Origin: an uncultured Methanomassiliicoccales archaeon
GTDB taxonomy: Archaea; Thermoplasmatota; Thermoplasmata; Methanomassiliicoccales; UBA472
Length of the DNA: 64,000 bases
Assembly (NCBI GenBank): GCA_963695345.1
Contig: OY968769.1
Location: 1,056,001-1,120,000 of the forward strand
Direction: 5' to 3'
In this document: piece by piece, positions 61,223 through 64,000 of the stretch
Layout: the number at the start of each line of letters is the position of its first letter
Position numbering within the stretch: the stretch's first letter is position 1
The notes under the pieces: generated by a model
The model's input: the letters and a program-made list of their open reading frames with translations, nothing else
Told to the model about the DNA's origin: nothing
The model's database searches: none
Translations under genes and position numbers: made by a program

Positions 61223-61990
61223 ATGAAATCCATATGGTCCGGATCGCTCTCGTTTGGCATGGTCAACATCCCGGTCAAGCTCTATTCCACGGTCGAGCAT
61301 ACCGCCTCCCCCGGCTTCAAACTGCTCCATGTGGAGGATAAGAGCCCGATCGAATACCGTAAATATTGTAAGAAACAGGATTCCGAGGTGCCCTGGTCGG
61401 AGATAGTAAAGGGGCTCGAGGTCGAACCTGGTTCTTTCTTCCTTTTCACAAAAGAGGAACTGGCAAGCCTTCGTCCTGAAAAATCCGATGCCATCGAGAT
61501 CGTCGAGTTCGTCTCTCCCGACCAGATCGAACGGCCATTGCTTGATGGGCACTATTACGTGGGGCCGGAAAAGAAGAAGGAGAAGGCCTTCTTCATTTTC
61601 TCCCGAGCCCTCGAAGCCTCGCACAAGAACGCCATCGGGCGATTCGTCATGAGGGAAAAGGAATACACCTGCGTCATTGCCCCATATGAGAACGGTTTGT
61701 TGCTCAGCACCCTGAACTACTCATACGAGCTGAGAAGCATCAGGGGGGTGGAGAACATCGGCGACCCGGTGGAGATCAAGCAACAGGAGCTTGACCTGGC
61801 CATCCAGTTGATCGACAAGCTCAGCTCTGCGCATTTCGATGTTTCACGGTACAAGGACGAGTTCGCTGAGCATCTGAAGGCGGCCATCGAAAGACGGGAC
61901 AGGAAGGAGCTGGTAACCATCGAGAAGGAGCAGGCCGAAACCACGGAAGAGAACCTGATCGAAGCTCTGAAGCACAGCCTGGAGGCGTAG
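61223..61990 (+). CDS. ku: Ku protein (NHEJ)
   Basis: IWSGSLSFGMVNIPVKLY, IVKG.E, IEIVEFV, YKDEF and NLIEALK.S motifs. Confidence 0.93.
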   Translation: MKSIWSGSLSFGMVNIPVKLYSTVEHTASPGFKLLHVEDKSPIEYRKYCKKQDSEVPWSEIVKGLEVEPGSFFLFTKEELASLRPEKSDAIEIVEFVSPDQIERPLLDGHYYVGPEKKKEKAFFIFSRALEASHKNAIGRFVMREKEYTCVIAPYENGLLLSTLNYSYELRSIRGVENIGDPVEIKQQELDLAIQLIDKLSSAHFDVSRYKDEFAEHLKAAIERRDRKELVTIEKEQAETTEENLIEALKHSLEA

Positions 61991-61991
61991 C

Positions 61992-62933
61992 TTGTACGAA
62001 CCGATGCTGGCAGCGATGGGGTACAAGGAGGACCTGGAACGGGAAGGATATTTCTTCGAGCCAAAGCTGGACGGCACGAGGGCCTTGTGTTATGTAAACT
62101 CCACCATGAAATTCCTCAACCGGCGGGGACATGACATAACCGAACGTTATCCGGAATTCTCCTTCAGGGACCAGATCAAAGCCCGATCCTGCGTTCTGGA
62201 TGGCGAGCTCATTGTATATGACAACCGGGGCAATCCCTCTTTCCATCTGCTTCAGAAACGTGAGCAGTCGAAGACATCGATAGCCAAGTTCCTGAGCATC
62301 CAGCATCCGGCCACTTATGTCATATTCGATATCCTGGAGCTGGAGGGAAAAGACCTGCTCTCCACCAGATTGGATGAACGCAAGAAGATCTTGCACGCGG
62401 TGTTGCGCGAAGGCCACCATCTGCAGAGCATCGCCTATACCAAGGATGGTAAAAAGCTGTGGTCGGTGGTCGAACAGCGCAAGCTCGAGGGAGTGATGGC
62501 GAAACGCTCCAACTCGTTCTATGAACCAGGCAAACGTTCTGATTCCTGGCTGAAGATCAAGGCGCTCAAGACCGTGGATTGTGTTCTCCTGGGCTATACG
62601 TCGGAGATCAGGACCATTTCCGCATTGGCGCTGGGCCTGTACTTTGGCGACGAGCTCAGATACGTCGGCAGGGTGGGGACTGGCTTCACCGAAAAGTACC
62701 TCGAGGGGCTTAGACCGATCCTGGACGGCATGTTGGCAGACACGCCTCCGGTAACCAGCTACCCTAAGGAACCAGACATCACCTGGGTAAGGCCGGAGCT
62801 GATAGCAGAGGTGGAGGTATTGGAACTCACCAGGGACAAGCATCTGAGGGCCCCGTCCTTCCGCAGGCTCCGCAATGACAAGGAAATCAAGAACTGCGTC
62901 ATCGAACAGCTGGGCGAGGGGGCTGGGAAATAA
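61992..62933 (+). CDS. ATP-dependent DNA ligase (LigD ligase-domain type, stand-alone)
   Basis: PMLA, EPKLDG.R, LDGE, FDIL, EGVMAK, WLKIK, VGRVGTG and LRAPSF motifs. Confidence 0.92.
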   Translation: MYEPMLAAMGYKEDLEREGYFFEPKLDGTRALCYVNSTMKFLNRRGHDITERYPEFSFRDQIKARSCVLDGELIVYDNRGNPSFHLLQKREQSKTSIAKFLSIQHPATYVIFDILELEGKDLLSTRLDERKKILHAVLREGHHLQSIAYTKDGKKLWSVVEQRKLEGVMAKRSNSFYEPGKRSDSWLKIKALKTVDCVLLGYTSEIRTISALALGLYFGDELRYVGRVGTGFTEKYLEGLRPILDGMLADTPPVTSYPKEPDITWVRPELIAEVEVLELTRDKHLRAPSFRRLRNDKEIKNCVIEQLGEGAGK

Positions 62934-63074
62934 GGGATGTTCCGGGAAATCATAGCGATAGGACCGGGAATCGTTTTCATCTCTCGGGAAGATCGCTCCT
63001 CTTAGGACATATCACATAGGTGTCGATCTGACCAATAATATTATGATGCCACTGCACCAACTCTAGCTGCAGTG

Positions 63075-63500
63075 ATGTTCGTGGAGTTCAACAAGATCAT
63101 TGTGGGAATCGATGGTTCGGAAAATTCGAAGCGGGCGGCGTCGGTGGCAGCGAGCCTAGCTGAAATGTTCAAGGGCACCGTCACGCTGGTTTCGGTGGTC
63201 AAGCCGGGCGAATACTCGCTGGCCGTCGAGGACCAAGCATTCATCGAATCGTTGAAGGAATTTCATGAGCAGCTCGTGACAGCGGTCAAGGATGACATCA
63301 AGAAGCCGAATATCGAGGTCGAGACCAGGATCGAACTGGGCACGCCATGGAAGGAGTTGATCCGCCTGGCAAACGCGGGACACTACGATCTGATCGTTGT
63401 AGGTTCCAGAGGCGCCGGTCAGGTGGCCCAGCTGTTGATCGGCAGCAACTCCACCAGAGTGGTGCAGCATGCGGAGACTCCGGTGCTGGTCGTCCCTTAA
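63075..63500 (+). CDS. Universal stress protein
   Basis: IIVGIDGSENS and DLIVVGSRG...LIGS...PVLVV motifs. Confidence 0.92.
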   Translation: MFVEFNKIIVGIDGSENSKRAASVAASLAEMFKGTVTLVSVVKPGEYSLAVEDQAFIESLKEFHEQLVTAVKDDIKKPNIEVETRIELGTPWKELIRLANAGHYDLIVVGSRGAGQVAQLLIGSNSTRVVQHAETPVLVVP

Positions 63501-63503
63501 GCC

Positions 63504-64000
63504 CTACTTGGGGCGGGGGCGGCGTTTGCCCCGGCCCTTATGGGAATCTGAGTCCTCCTTCATCCTTACCCATATCCCCAGCCCTTCCCTCTCGATGGAG
63601 AAGCTTCCAGGAAGAGCGGCGATCAGACCTACCAGGCTGCTCTTGCCATAGGTCCTCGGGTCAAATGCCGGTTCGATACGGTACAGCGCTTCCCCAAGGT
63701 TGCCCAGGTTGACCCTCCCGTCGTCCCCGACCTTGTTGCGGAAGGCGTTCGTGAGCATGTCATTCGCCTTCTCGGGACTGAGACCCTTTTTCGGTATGTG
63801 CCGCTCGGACTTCTTCGGCTCCTCGGCGGCAAGCTCGGGGCAATGCTCCGACTCCAGTTCCTCTTCGACCGGCAGGAGATTCTCAATGAAAATGAAACGG
63901 TCGCAGGCTTTCTGAAATGTCGGGTGGGTCTTCTCGTTCCCCATTCCGATCACGAATAGTCCTTCCTCCCTGATCTTCATGGCCAAATAGGTGAAGTCAG
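63504..64000 (-). CDS. NYN domain protein with C-terminal OST-HTH/LOTUS domain (5' end outside window)
   Basis: DFTYLAMKIREEG..VIGMG, ACDRFI and FDPRTYG motifs. Confidence 0.85.
   Translation of the reverse strand, partial: DFTYLAMKIREEGLFVIGMGNEKTHPTFQKACDRFIFIENLLPVEEELESEHCPELAAEEPKKSERHIPKKGLSPEKANDMLTNAFRNKVGDDGRVNLGNLGEALYRIEPAFDPRTYGKSSLVGLIAALPGSFSIEREGLGIWVRMKEDSDSHKGRGKRRPRPK

Overview
Archaeal chromosomal segment, most likely from a free-living Methanomassiliicoccales (Thermoplasmata) methanogen. This is inferred from archaeal Elp3, aTrm56 next to an HD domain, TBP, the methanogen-associated DUF2124/DUF2284/DUF2769 families, an FN3 surface protein and an intron-containing tRNA. 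The first ~19 kb are mostly core genes (elp3, NitT/TauT ABC system, trxB/trxA, trm56-HD, large FN3 surface protein, ABC-2 exporter). After tRNA-Asn(GTT) and tRNA-Ile2(CAT) come an AT-richer patch of small genes and gene relics, then a long accessory stretch rich in redox, stress and repair genes (msrA, msrB, PDO-TrxR fusion, Trx-CcdA fusion, DipZ-like, hemerythrin, ferritin-like, pirin, YgiD dioxygenase, HhH-GPD glycosylase, Ku plus ATP-dependent ligase). Most notable observations: a circularly permuted ABC substrate-binding protein; a tRNA-Ile2 intron whose splice helix pairs C34 with A; a TBP gene whose best start is ATT behind a palindromic double-TATA; and two unannotated paralogous zinc-ribbon microproteins that resemble the cytoplasmic tail of the surface protein. 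Several single-base frameshifts suggest assembly indel errors, so single-nucleotide claims need read-level checks. No CRISPR array, rRNA, integrase or transposase was seen. All family assignments come from motif recognition, not database searches.
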